A stretch of 29,485 nt of DNA, taken from positions 1 to 29,485 of the forward strand of contig JBGTGT010000003.1 in NCBI GenBank assembly GCA_041746575.1, written 5' to 3'. The notes beneath the pieces are model-generated. The model worked only from the letters and a program-made list of their open reading frames with translations, was not told the origin of the DNA and searched no databases. Both the position numbers and the translations under genes were made by a program. Below are positions 20,406 through 29,345 of this stretch, piece after piece. This stretch comes from Microcystaceae cyanobacterium (GTDB lineage Bacteria; Cyanobacteriota; Cyanobacteriia; Cyanobacteriales; Microcystaceae). Each line of letters starts with the position of its first letter. Position 1 is the first letter of the stretch.

Positions 20406-20469
20406 CCACTAATCTACAGAGAGGGTTTTTATTCCCTCTCAATTACCTAAATCATTTTATAGGATTATT

Positions 20470-23202
20470 ATGTCTAGAAGTCTATTGAATCGTCAGCCTC
20501 AATCTCTTGAGGAGCAATATTTTAGTGAGATTCGACCTAAATTATATGAGCTTCATGGACAACATCTTCAATATGGTTCTCGCAAAGGACGCACATTAGC
20601 CGAACATTTAGACTCTGCTTGTCAGTTTGTGTTAACTGTTAGCAAAATTGCCAAACTTCCAGAAGAAAAACGAGGTTGTATTCTAGCGGCGACAGCCGTT
20701 CATGACTTAAATAAGTTAACGGATAAGGAGGATAAACGTAATGTGAAAGCCTTAGCAAGGGATCTAACTTTCCTTCAAGAACAGTTGCAACTCGCAGGGG
20801 TTAGAAAATTAGTCAAGACTGATGAAGATTTAGAATTAGTTCGTCGGTTGATTGAACGACATTCAGGACATAATGCCAGTGATGGAATGCGCTTTTTACC
20901 TGAAGATCCTAATATAAAACGTTGGGCGGCAATGCTCATCGGTGCTGATTTATTTGATCTTGGCATTGATAAAGATAAACGGATTTGTAAAGTTGAAACT
21001 GAGCTAACTGTTGCATTAGGTCGAAATATTCAGTTATTTGAAATTACTTTGTCAGAAGATAGAGGGTATTTAACGTCCTTGTTACTGAGTGCTTGTGAGG
21101 AAGTTTTATATCGTTATAATTTGTACACTCTTGCAATTAATCCCAATGGTCAAATCTTTGTGGGAGAGAAATTTCCTGAAGAAGATGTAACGATTAAGAT
21201 AGCTAACGTTTGGCAGAAAAAAATTGACAGTGTTTTTGGTAGTAATGTTGAACAATTAGTTAAAGCAACTAAGGATGGAATTAAAGTCAATAATGAAGCT
21301 ATTCAGCAAAATTTAGAGGGAGCGATTGATGCAGTTGATCAGCTTTTAGTCAAAAAATTCAAGAGTTATACAAAGGAGAAATTAACTCAAGATATTAACA
21401 AATATGGTAATGATGCAGGTGCAGAAGCGGTTAAACAAGCTGAATCATTGGGGTTATTCCCTGTAGATAGTGCTGACGAATTTGTTTTATCTGAAGGAAT
21501 GAAAGCAATTTATTTAAGCTATCGAGAAGCTGAACTAAGCCCGTCTGAGGCGTGGGATAGAATAGCAGAAGATATGGGACTTTCACCTGAACAAAGAGCC
21601 GCTTTAGAGCCTTTTAATCCTCAGTATGGACGGTGTTTATTTGCGGCACAAGTTGCTAAAATTAAAGGATTAGAGGAAATATATAACGCTCTAAGAAATT
21701 CCTTTGAATTTCGAAAAACTGAAGATATAGATGTATCAGCAGAACTCATTAATGCAGTTCAATATTTGCTCAATTTTCCCACAGCAATAAACTGGCAAGG
21801 ATCTTCAGAACTTACTGCTTATATTGAAGCAAATCCTCGTCAACGTTGTTCTTTAGGAACGACTTCCCTGCAAGTCAGTGAATTAATTTCTAACCAAATG
21901 CCACCCGGAACAAAAGTTCAATCCTTTTCTAATCGCCTTCCGGGAGGGATGAGCGCAGAACCAAAAAGACGAGGAGACAACTTAGCTTCCTTAAGCTACC
22001 AATTATTAGCAGTAGGTGCAAACTTTTCCAAAGCGAGCAAACAAGATCCCTTGTATCTTCATTTTGCTTTACCTAATGGTTCGAGCCCAGAATTAAAAAT
22101 AATTTGGCAAAAGTGGTTACAAGAAAAAGCAGATACTAATGCAGATGGAGGAACAGTAACTGTTGATGAATTAGAACTTTATCGAGATAACCACTTAGCT
22201 TTTAAAGCCAATAAAGTGGTCGGTGCTGCTTTACCAAAGCGTCCCGACTTTACTCAATCTACTGTCATTATTCCCCTTGTATGGGGTGAGGTTAATAGTT
22301 CAATAGCTTTACTAAAATCTTTACGCCTTGCACTTGAATTATCACTTGCACCTGATTTCGGTTTTCCTTTCATCTTAGGAGGTAATTTAGAGATAAAACC
22401 TCAGTGGGATATTTTTGGACAAGTTGAAGGAATTCCTTCATCTTTACAACCCCTATTAGGGAATGGTCAATATTATCGCCAAGGACATCTTTCTGAGAAA
22501 CAACAACAGAAAGTTTTAACGGCTGAAGCGATTTTAGACCGATTACGTTGCGTTGGCAAATTAGCGATTTCTGTTGCTAGTTTGAGGAAAAAAGATGATT
22601 GTCTTTACGATTTAGTTAAAGCCACTCAACGACCTCTCGATTTATATTATGTCCTTTTAAGATGGATTCTTCGAGAACAAAATGATCCTAATTTAGAAGC
22701 CATTTGGAATCGAATTAAAGAACCTTTACACCAATTATTAAGGAGTCTTATGTCAGAAGAACATGATTTAGTTTCACAGTATCTTAAAGATGCTGCTTTG
22801 ATTGCTGAAACAGCAAAATTGCGAGGAAGTTCTTTCCGTCGTACCGCTCAAACTGAACCTTTTTCAGAGTTTATTAAAGCGGTACGTTCTCGTAAATCTC
22901 ATTTAGATTGGGACACTGTTTTTGCTTCATTAGTTCAACAATATCACACTCGATTAGATCGAATTCGTGAACATGGAGTTGGAGCAACTAAATTTGAACA
23001 AATCAAGCAATTTTATCAAGTCCTGCGCCAACTGTTTGATGAGGTTTACCATAATCGTCCTGAGCGTTTACTGTCAGACCAAAAAACGTTAGAAGCTGCC
23101 TATTTGTTCTTTTTACAAGAAGCTCGTCAAGACCTTAAAGCACAAGCTGATAGTAACAAAGACCAATCTGAAAATTTATCTGAAAACAACGAGGAAAATT
23201 AA
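20470..23202 (+). CDS. cas10d: Type I-D large subunit Cas10d/Csc3 with N-terminal HD nuclease
   Basis: 910 aa with TLAEHL...VHDLNKL...RHSGH...GADLFD HD motifs and an AGGA RBS; precedes the cas7/cas5 genes. Confidence 0.88.
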   Translation: MSRSLLNRQPQSLEEQYFSEIRPKLYELHGQHLQYGSRKGRTLAEHLDSACQFVLTVSKIAKLPEEKRGCILAATAVHDLNKLTDKEDKRNVKALARDLTFLQEQLQLAGVRKLVKTDEDLELVRRLIERHSGHNASDGMRFLPEDPNIKRWAAMLIGADLFDLGIDKDKRICKVETELTVALGRNIQLFEITLSEDRGYLTSLLLSACEEVLYRYNLYTLAINPNGQIFVGEKFPEEDVTIKIANVWQKKIDSVFGSNVEQLVKATKDGIKVNNEAIQQNLEGAIDAVDQLLVKKFKSYTKEKLTQDINKYGNDAGAEAVKQAESLGLFPVDSADEFVLSEGMKAIYLSYREAELSPSEAWDRIAEDMGLSPEQRAALEPFNPQYGRCLFAAQVAKIKGLEEIYNALRNSFEFRKTEDIDVSAELINAVQYLLNFPTAINWQGSSELTAYIEANPRQRCSLGTTSLQVSELISNQMPPGTKVQSFSNRLPGGMSAEPKRRGDNLASLSYQLLAVGANFSKASKQDPLYLHFALPNGSSPELKIIWQKWLQEKADTNADGGTVTVDELELYRDNHLAFKANKVVGAALPKRPDFTQSTVIIPLVWGEVNSSIALLKSLRLALELSLAPDFGFPFILGGNLEIKPQWDIFGQVEGIPSSLQPLLGNGQYYRQGHLSEKQQQKVLTAEAILDRLRCVGKLAISVASLRKKDDCLYDLVKATQRPLDLYYVLLRWILREQNDPNLEAIWNRIKEPLHQLLRSLMSEEHDLVSQYLKDAALIAETAKLRGSSFRRTAQTEPFSEFIKAVRSRKSHLDWDTVFASLVQQYHTRLDRIREHGVGATKFEQIKQFYQVLRQLFDEVYHNRPERLLSDQKTLEAAYLFFLQEARQDLKAQADSNKDQSENLSENNEEN
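22750..23202 (+). CDS. cas11d: Cas11d small subunit from an internal in-frame start within cas10d (150 aa)
   Basis: AGGAG (22741-22745), 4 nt, then in-frame ATG 22750 (Met761, MSEEHDL...) ahead of a helical C-terminal domain. Confidence 0.75.
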   Translation: MSEEHDLVSQYLKDAALIAETAKLRGSSFRRTAQTEPFSEFIKAVRSRKSHLDWDTVFASLVQQYHTRLDRIREHGVGATKFEQIKQFYQVLRQLFDEVYHNRPERLLSDQKTLEAAYLFFLQEARQDLKAQADSNKDQSENLSENNEEN

Positions 23203-23205
23203 ACC

Positions 23206-24246
23206 ATGTCCATCGAAAAATTAGCCCCCTTTCTTGCTCCTAAATACGAAAACTTTCCTAAAGGTCGTACCATTGGGTTAGTGATTTTAAGAACCACTCA
23301 ATCAGAAACTATTTTTCGCACGGAAGGGACAGGCGAACCGATGTGTAGTGAGTCCGTTCAAGCAGGATTTGAAGACACAAATATTATGCCTCGCTTAGTG
23401 ATGACAAAACGCAAACAAATTGCTCCAGAAAGACGACGAGGACGGGAATTTTTACGGTCAAATGAGTTGCTCTATATCGCTAAAAACGACAAAGTGTGTT
23501 CTCTTAATACCAACGCTCCCTGTGAAATGTGTATTGATTGTTTTCTCTATGGTTTTGCCGCAGGAGGAGAAGGCGCACAGAAAAGCCGAGTATGGACAGA
23601 GGATGCTTTTAGTATTTTACCTTCTACGGAACTGATAGGCGATCGCACAATCAATGCAACTTATGAAAATGGCACAATGCGCGATGAAGAAGGAAAAGCT
23701 TCAACTGCACTTAATACCAGTGAATATATTAAGCCGGGGGTTCATTTTTTGGATATTGTTACCCTCAAAGACGTGACGGCTGATGAGTTACGTTATGCAA
23801 TCGGTAATATTTTATTAACCACTCGTTACGGTGCAGTTTCTAGTCGTGTCGGACGGATGGATAATCAAATTTTAGGGGTATTTGGGGGAATGGCTGAACT
23901 GCCCAGTTCTCTCGAATTAGTTCAAGGGATTTATGATAAGTTGCAAGCAGATAAGATTGAACTTGATCATCCCTTAAAAACCGATCCTTTGATCACTGCA
24001 ACTCAAGAAATTATTGTGACTTGGACAAATAAAAGAGGTGTTTCTTTGCAACTGTCTGACAGCGAATTAAAAGAATTACTCGCTGACATTGATCAAAATT
24101 GGTCAATAGAACAACAAGAAACTTTCTTAAAACGCCTCGATAATTCTTACGCAGAATATCGTAAGAAACCAGAAAACCCATCTGCTAAAAAAGGAAAGGG
24201 TAAAGCTTCTAAACAACAGCTAGAAAAAGCTGAGGAAGAAGAATAA
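23206..24246 (+). CDS. cas7d: Type I-D backbone subunit Cas7d/Csc2
   Basis: LRTTQSETIFRTEG, KRKQIAPERR.GRE, CEMCIDCFLYGFA, KSRV..EDAF, YGAVSSR.G. Confidence 0.9.
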   Translation: MSIEKLAPFLAPKYENFPKGRTIGLVILRTTQSETIFRTEGTGEPMCSESVQAGFEDTNIMPRLVMTKRKQIAPERRRGREFLRSNELLYIAKNDKVCSLNTNAPCEMCIDCFLYGFAAGGEGAQKSRVWTEDAFSILPSTELIGDRTINATYENGTMRDEEGKASTALNTSEYIKPGVHFLDIVTLKDVTADELRYAIGNILLTTRYGAVSSRVGRMDNQILGVFGGMAELPSSLELVQGIYDKLQADKIELDHPLKTDPLITATQEIIVTWTNKRGVSLQLSDSELKELLADIDQNWSIEQQETFLKRLDNSYAEYRKKPENPSAKKGKGKASKQQLEKAEEEE

Positions 24247-24249
24247 ATC

Positions 24250-25032
24250 ATGAAACAACTACAGTTACAGCTTGACACACCAAAACCTACTTTCACAACA
24301 GCGAGATTAGTTGAATTGTGGTGTGCTGAACCGATCTTTTTTGCCTCACGGGAACTGTCAGACACTTATTATACAGAAGGAACAATCGGAAATTATGCTC
24401 TTGCTTATGCGTTATCTTGGGCAAAATCTCCCTATCGTTTAACAGGAAAAGATACCTATAGACCTCGATATGTTGAGGATTTAACACCTCTTAATGGGGA
24501 TTGTTATATCCTTCCTGCATGGCCAATTAACGAACAAATTTCCTTTCGTTTTGAACGGTTTAATGGACTTTCTGATGCCTATTGGTATGCGATGACAAAT
24601 AATAGAGTAGCAACCGCGCGGGAAGATTTATCGATTGTTCGTAGTGGCAAAAAACCGAGTACCTTTCGACCCAGTAATTTTCCACAAACGGGACGACTAA
24701 GAGTAATTGAAAGAAACAACCGATTTCAAACATTAGTATTGGGAGAACGTGAACTTCCTGAATATATCCGTGTGGGTAAATTTATGAGTAAAGTTCGCCT
24801 TGATATTAAACAGACATTTAAGATTAGACAGCTTCCTGTTGCTCAGTATTCATGTAATACTTATTTGAGTGTAGCAGATATTCCGTCTAATCTTGAATTA
24901 ATCGCCTTTGATGTTATTTCAATTCCTCCTGTCTCTTTGTTAAAAAATCTTAGCTTTCAGGGTAAAGCGTGGCAAATTGGGGATTTTATTGTTCCCGCTA
25001 ATCTTCAGTTTTGTGGAGGAAATAATAACTGA
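24250..25032 (+). CDS. cas5d: Type I-D Cas5d/Csc1
   Basis: FFASREL...T...IGNYALAYAL, N.PQ.GR and LPEYIRVGKFMSK; follows csc2. Confidence 0.88.
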   Translation: MKQLQLQLDTPKPTFTTARLVELWCAEPIFFASRELSDTYYTEGTIGNYALAYALSWAKSPYRLTGKDTYRPRYVEDLTPLNGDCYILPAWPINEQISFRFERFNGLSDAYWYAMTNNRVATAREDLSIVRSGKKPSTFRPSNFPQTGRLRVIERNNRFQTLVLGERELPEYIRVGKFMSKVRLDIKQTFKIRQLPVAQYSCNTYLSVADIPSNLELIAFDVISIPPVSLLKNLSFQGKAWQIGDFIVPANLQFCGGNNN

Positions 25033-25057
25033 TGATTTAGAAAACTTGAGTTAGGTT

Positions 25058-25080
25058 GGGCGAGTGGTATTCGCCCCTAC
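25058..25080. repeat. REP-like hairpin (GTAG-type) between cas5d and cas3
   Basis: GGGCGAGT-GGT-ATTCGCCC followed by CTAC, which reads GTAGGGGCGAAT... on the minus strand. Confidence 0.5.
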
Positions 25081-25128
25081 ATTTTTCTCATTGTAGCCGT
25101 TATATTTACATTATTTAGGTCAATTCAT

Positions 25129-27417
25129 ATGAATAGCAAACTTGAAATTACCATCGAACCTGCTAGTATTGCTACTTGTTTAGATATTCCTACTGAATTA
25201 GAATTCATGGGAAAAACATTACAGCATCAAGTAGATGTTTATGAAGCAGCAAAGGATCATGATATTATTCTTGATCTTGCACCCACAGGAACAGGAAAAA
25301 CGGATGCAGGATTAAGTATTTTGAAGCATAATCCTGATAGGAATGCTATCTATATTGCTCCTACTAATGCACTGATTGAACAGCAAACCCAAGCCGCAGA
25401 AGAATTTGTCGAAAAAGCAAGTTTACCTCACATTGTTAAAGCGGCATCAGCAAGACATATCAAAGATTGGCCAAATGAGAAAGTCGGAAAACGTCGAGGC
25501 AAAAAACTTTATAATGTATTGCGTGAACCTGCTACTATTTTTCCTGAGTGTCAGAGCCAACCGCTCTTATTAGTGACTAATCCAGATATTTTCTATTACG
25601 CAACCTTCTTCTATAATAGACTAGATAAAAGCAACATTGCTAGTGAATTTTACAGTAGTTTTTCAACAGTAATTTTTGATGAATTTCATCTTTATGTTGC
25701 CAAACAACTTGTTAGCTTATTTTTCTATATGGCAATGTCTAAAGTTTTCGGTTATTTTAGTCATAATCGAAAAATTGTCTTATTAACAGCAACCCCCGAT
25801 CCAGCGTGTAATGCTGCTTTAGAAACTTTACAGCGATCAGGGGTTAAAATTAAAAAGATTGATGGACAAGAAAATCAAACTCATTTAACTCCCTCACAGA
25901 CACAGGTTAATCTCACGATTTGTAAACAACCAGACACGAAAGATCAATTCGTTCAAGAAATTGTTCAGGAAGTGACTCGAAGATTAAAAGAAAACCCTGA
26001 GCAAAATGGTGCAGTCATTCTTGATTCAAAAGATACAATAGGAAGAATCTATGATCAACTTTATAAAAAAGGATTTAAAAGTCAAATAGGTCGTATTATT
26101 GGTAATACTCCTCTTAAAGATCGTAAAAAAGCCGTTCAAAAACAAGTCATTTTAGCGACTCAAACGGTTGATATAGGATTTAACTTTAAAAAGATTCCAG
26201 AACCTGCTCGACAAAATTTAGATTGGTTAATCTTTTCCACTCGTGATCGTTTCTCTTTTTGGCAAAGAATCGGACGAGTAGGGAGAGTTTTAGGTAAACA
26301 AGAAACGGATATTATTTCAGAGGCGATCGCTTATCTTCCAGAAAAGGCATGGGAACAAGGGATTAAAGAATTGGACATTAATGGGGGACGAGAATCATTA
26401 AGAACAATGTTAGATAGTTTAGATTGTATGAAACGTCCATTTTTAGAAGTCTATTGGAGGTCAGAAGCTTTTTTAGAAATTGCTAGACCGTTACTTGAAC
26501 TTGAGAATGTTTTAGCTGGATTATCGAATGAAAATTTAATTATTCAACTTTATCAAACCCTACAAAAAATATTGGGTGGAAGCAAAGATTGGAATTATTA
26601 TCGTCAACGAATGAAGGTTATTCAAGGAGCAAATAATATTTGTAATTATTCTATCGAAAAATTACAGAAAGACTGGAAATATATTAAAGGTGGTCAAAAC
26701 TGTGTAATGAGCTTTCTAAGATCGAATTATCTAGAAGATTATGAAACAATACAAGCAGATCAAGCATCTATGAAAACGATAGAAAAGTTCATTCAAGAAG
26801 ATCCTAGTATTGCTAATGAACTACTAGAATATGCTCAAATTTTGCAAGCGAGTTATACTCCTTTATTTCGTTTTCGAGATAGTTTATTTGAAAATGTGAA
26901 AGTTCATGATCCTAATTTTCTTCTTTTAGACGAAGCAGGAGAGACAAATCTTGATCCGATTCATTTACTGCGATATTTAGAATTTGAAACCAATGGAGAT
27001 ATTATTGAATTAATTGAACGTGCTGAAATTCCTTATAATCTAATATTTTCTTTACAAGTTGAAGATTTAGAAACTTTCAATAATACTTATTTAGCAAAAC
27101 TCTATGCGTTTAAAAATTTACATATTAAACGAATGCAGGGAGGGAGTACCCGTCCTACTGATTTTCCTTCATCCTTACAAAAAGCTATTCAAGAAACCCT
27201 AATTTCGGGCGTTATTGTTAAAGAAAATAATAAAAATCGATGGGCAATTGCTAAACTAAGAAAACAAGGTTTAGACTGTTATTCGCTAGAAGTTTCAGAT
27301 TACTCAAACTTAAAACCTCAAGAGTATCTATTCTTTCCCAGTTTATCAGGAATTTTAGCGATCGCACAAGCAGGTTTTGCTTTAAAATGTCCAGATAACG
27401 AGCCTTTTATTTGCTAA
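25129..27417 (+). CDS. cas3: Type I-D CRISPR helicase Cas3' (no HD domain)
   Basis: HQ motif, APTGTGKT (Walker A), PTNAL, DEFH, TAT, ATQTVDIG.NF, QRIGRVGR. Confidence 0.9.
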   Translation: MNSKLEITIEPASIATCLDIPTELEFMGKTLQHQVDVYEAAKDHDIILDLAPTGTGKTDAGLSILKHNPDRNAIYIAPTNALIEQQTQAAEEFVEKASLPHIVKAASARHIKDWPNEKVGKRRGKKLYNVLREPATIFPECQSQPLLLVTNPDIFYYATFFYNRLDKSNIASEFYSSFSTVIFDEFHLYVAKQLVSLFFYMAMSKVFGYFSHNRKIVLLTATPDPACNAALETLQRSGVKIKKIDGQENQTHLTPSQTQVNLTICKQPDTKDQFVQEIVQEVTRRLKENPEQNGAVILDSKDTIGRIYDQLYKKGFKSQIGRIIGNTPLKDRKKAVQKQVILATQTVDIGFNFKKIPEPARQNLDWLIFSTRDRFSFWQRIGRVGRVLGKQETDIISEAIAYLPEKAWEQGIKELDINGGRESLRTMLDSLDCMKRPFLEVYWRSEAFLEIARPLLELENVLAGLSNENLIIQLYQTLQKILGGSKDWNYYRQRMKVIQGANNICNYSIEKLQKDWKYIKGGQNCVMSFLRSNYLEDYETIQADQASMKTIEKFIQEDPSIANELLEYAQILQASYTPLFRFRDSLFENVKVHDPNFLLLDEAGETNLDPIHLLRYLEFETNGDIIELIERAEIPYNLIFSLQVEDLETFNNTYLAKLYAFKNLHIKRMQGGSTRPTDFPSSLQKAIQETLISGVIVKENNKNRWAIAKLRKQGLDCYSLEVSDYSNLKPQEYLFFPSLSGILAIAQAGFALKCPDNEPFIC

Positions 27418-27444
27418 ATAATTGTTACTTAAACCTAAAATCTC

Positions 27445-27705
27445 ATGACTATTCAAGAATTAATCGAAGCCCTCTCCCCATCTGACCCCAATACTCCCGT
27501 TGTTATAAGTGGTTATAAAGGAGGTTACAACGATGTTAGTATCATCGAAAAGAAAACCATGCAACTGAATGTTAATAACAAATATTATTATGGTGTACAT
27601 AATTGTATAAAAGGATTAATTGTTTCCGATAAGCCGATAGCTGAAGTAATTTATTTAAGGGGTTTTAATTCCATTTATGATGAACCTGAGTTATCTTATC
27701 ATTAA
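27445..27705 (+). CDS. Small hypothetical protein within the cas operon
   Basis: 86-aa ORF MTIQELIEAL...PVVISGYKGGYND, co-oriented and tightly spaced with neighbours. Confidence 0.6.
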   Translation: MTIQELIEALSPSDPNTPVVISGYKGGYNDVSIIEKKTMQLNVNNKYYYGVHNCIKGLIVSDKPIAEVIYLRGFNSIYDEPELSYH

Positions 27706-27764
27706 GTTGCAAATAATCTTGATAGTTGTCTAATTTTTATCATTGTCAATGGAATCTCAACATT

Positions 27765-28325
27765 ATGTCAAACCAAACTCAAACCAAACTCACCCTAGAC
27801 GAATTCCTCTCATCTCCCTTGGCTAATGAAAACTATGAATATTTTGACGGAGAATTAATTCAAAAGATGTCGCCTAAATTTTCTCATTCCCGTGTCACAG
27901 GTCAATTATTTATCCTTCTTGAAGATTGGAATCAAGGAAAAGGAGAAATTGGCATTGAATGGTGTGTTCGCTTAAAACGTAATGGAAAAGATTGGTGTCC
28001 CATTCCAGATTTACTCTATATCTCTTTCGAGAAACTAGGTGATATTGAATTAGAAGATGATGCTTGTCCAATTCCTCTAGAATTAGTCATAGAAATTATT
28101 TCCCCTGATCAATATTTTAGTGATCTCAGCGAAAAAGCAGAATCTTATTTAAAAGCAGGGGTTAATCGAGTTTGGCTAATTGATACTCAAGTTAAGAAAA
28201 TCACTATCTTTTATCCCGATTCTCCGCCACAAACTAAGCAAGGTGAAGATGCTTTAGCTGATGATTTATTACCTGAACTAAATTTAACCCCTCAACAAAT
28301 TTTTCAGAAAGCAAGATTAATTTAG
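27765..28325 (+). CDS. Uma2 (DUF820) family endonuclease-like protein
   Basis: LTLDEFL...EYFDG..IQKMSP..H, PDLLY, LVIEIISP, K...YL.AGV.RVWLID. ATG 27765. Confidence 0.88.
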   Translation: MSNQTQTKLTLDEFLSSPLANENYEYFDGELIQKMSPKFSHSRVTGQLFILLEDWNQGKGEIGIEWCVRLKRNGKDWCPIPDLLYISFEKLGDIELEDDACPIPLELVIEIISPDQYFSDLSEKAESYLKAGVNRVWLIDTQVKKITIFYPDSPPQTKQGEDALADDLLPELNLTPQQIFQKARLI

Positions 28326-28363
28326 GTATCAATTGAACTCTTAACTATCAACTATTCACTAAA

Positions 28364-29176
28364 ATGCCTTATAGTCTTGTTATTAATTTAACTCCCATTT
28401 CTCCCCTGTCACCGAACTATCTCAGTGGAAGACACCTTCATGCCTTATTCCTGACTCTCGTTAGCTCAGTCGATCCGGAATTAGGCAATTATCTACATAA
28501 ATCTCAAGTAGATAAAGCTTTTGTCCTTTCTCCTTTTCAAATTAGTGGAAAATCTCACAAAATTGTCTGGAGTCATACTAAACCTATCCCCTATGGTATT
28601 CCCTGTTGGTTTCGCATTTCTCTTTTAGATGACACGCTTTTCGGCAAATTAACTCAATTATGGCTTAATCTCAACCCTAAGCATCCTTGGCATCTTGGTT
28701 CTGCTGATTTACACATTACTAGCATCTTAGGCACACCCCAATTAACTCAACCTTGGGCGAATAGTTGTTCTTATCAACAATTATATGAACAATCGAGTGA
28801 AACGGAGCGTAGTTTTCATTTTACCTTAACAACTCCCACTGCCTTTCGAAATGGTCAGTATGACACCGCCTTACCCACTCCTGATGTTGTTTTTAATAGT
28901 CTCTTAAGACGATGGAATAAATACAGTAAAATTCCTTTTGATTCTTTTTCCATCACTGCTATCTTTCCCAGTTTTTTTGATATTCATACTGAAATCGTCA
29001 CTGACTCTCGTAGTAAGTTTATTGGTTGCGTTGGGAATATTCAATATCGTTTATTAGGAGAAGTTGAACCCTCGCAAATTAAACAGATTAACACCTTAGC
29101 AAATTACGCCCTTTATTGTGGCATTGGACGTAAAACAACAATGGGGATGGGAATGGTTATGAGAGTTAATCGTTAA
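28364..29176 (+). CDS. cas6: CRISPR endoribonuclease Cas6
   Basis: GRHLHALFL, TPTAFR and the C-terminal G-loop YCGIGRKTTMGMG. Confidence 0.95.
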   Translation: MPYSLVINLTPISPLSPNYLSGRHLHALFLTLVSSVDPELGNYLHKSQVDKAFVLSPFQISGKSHKIVWSHTKPIPYGIPCWFRISLLDDTLFGKLTQLWLNLNPKHPWHLGSADLHITSILGTPQLTQPWANSCSYQQLYEQSSETERSFHFTLTTPTAFRNGQYDTALPTPDVVFNSLLRRWNKYSKIPFDSFSITAIFPSFFDIHTEIVTDSRSKFIGCVGNIQYRLLGEVEPSQIKQINTLANYALYCGIGRKTTMGMGMVMRVNR

Positions 29177-29191
29177 TTAAAGGAAATTATT

Positions 29192-29330
29192 ATGTTTAGT
29201 TTAGTTTATGAAAAAGTTTATAAGTTTGCTATTAGAATCGTTAATTCTTATAAGTATTTAACAGAAACAAAAAAAGGAGTTTATTATGTCTAAGAAACTT
29301 CTCAAGTGTGGAACATCTATTAGGGAGCAA
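29192..29330 (+). pseudogene. Frameshifted, truncated four-helix-bundle (23S IVS-protein-like) gene
   Basis: AAGGA RBS. MFSLVYEKVYKFAIRIVNSYKYLTETK continues after a shift in the A run as KEFIMSKKLLKCGTSI. The original frame stops at 29293. Confidence 0.7.
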
Positions 29331-29345
29331 TTTCTACAGCAGATT

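Noticed and set aside
18763..29176. CRISPR-associated transposon (type I-D CAST)
   Set aside because: No tnsABC/tniQ genes or Tn7 ends seen, cas3' is present, and the Cas10d HD motif is intact.
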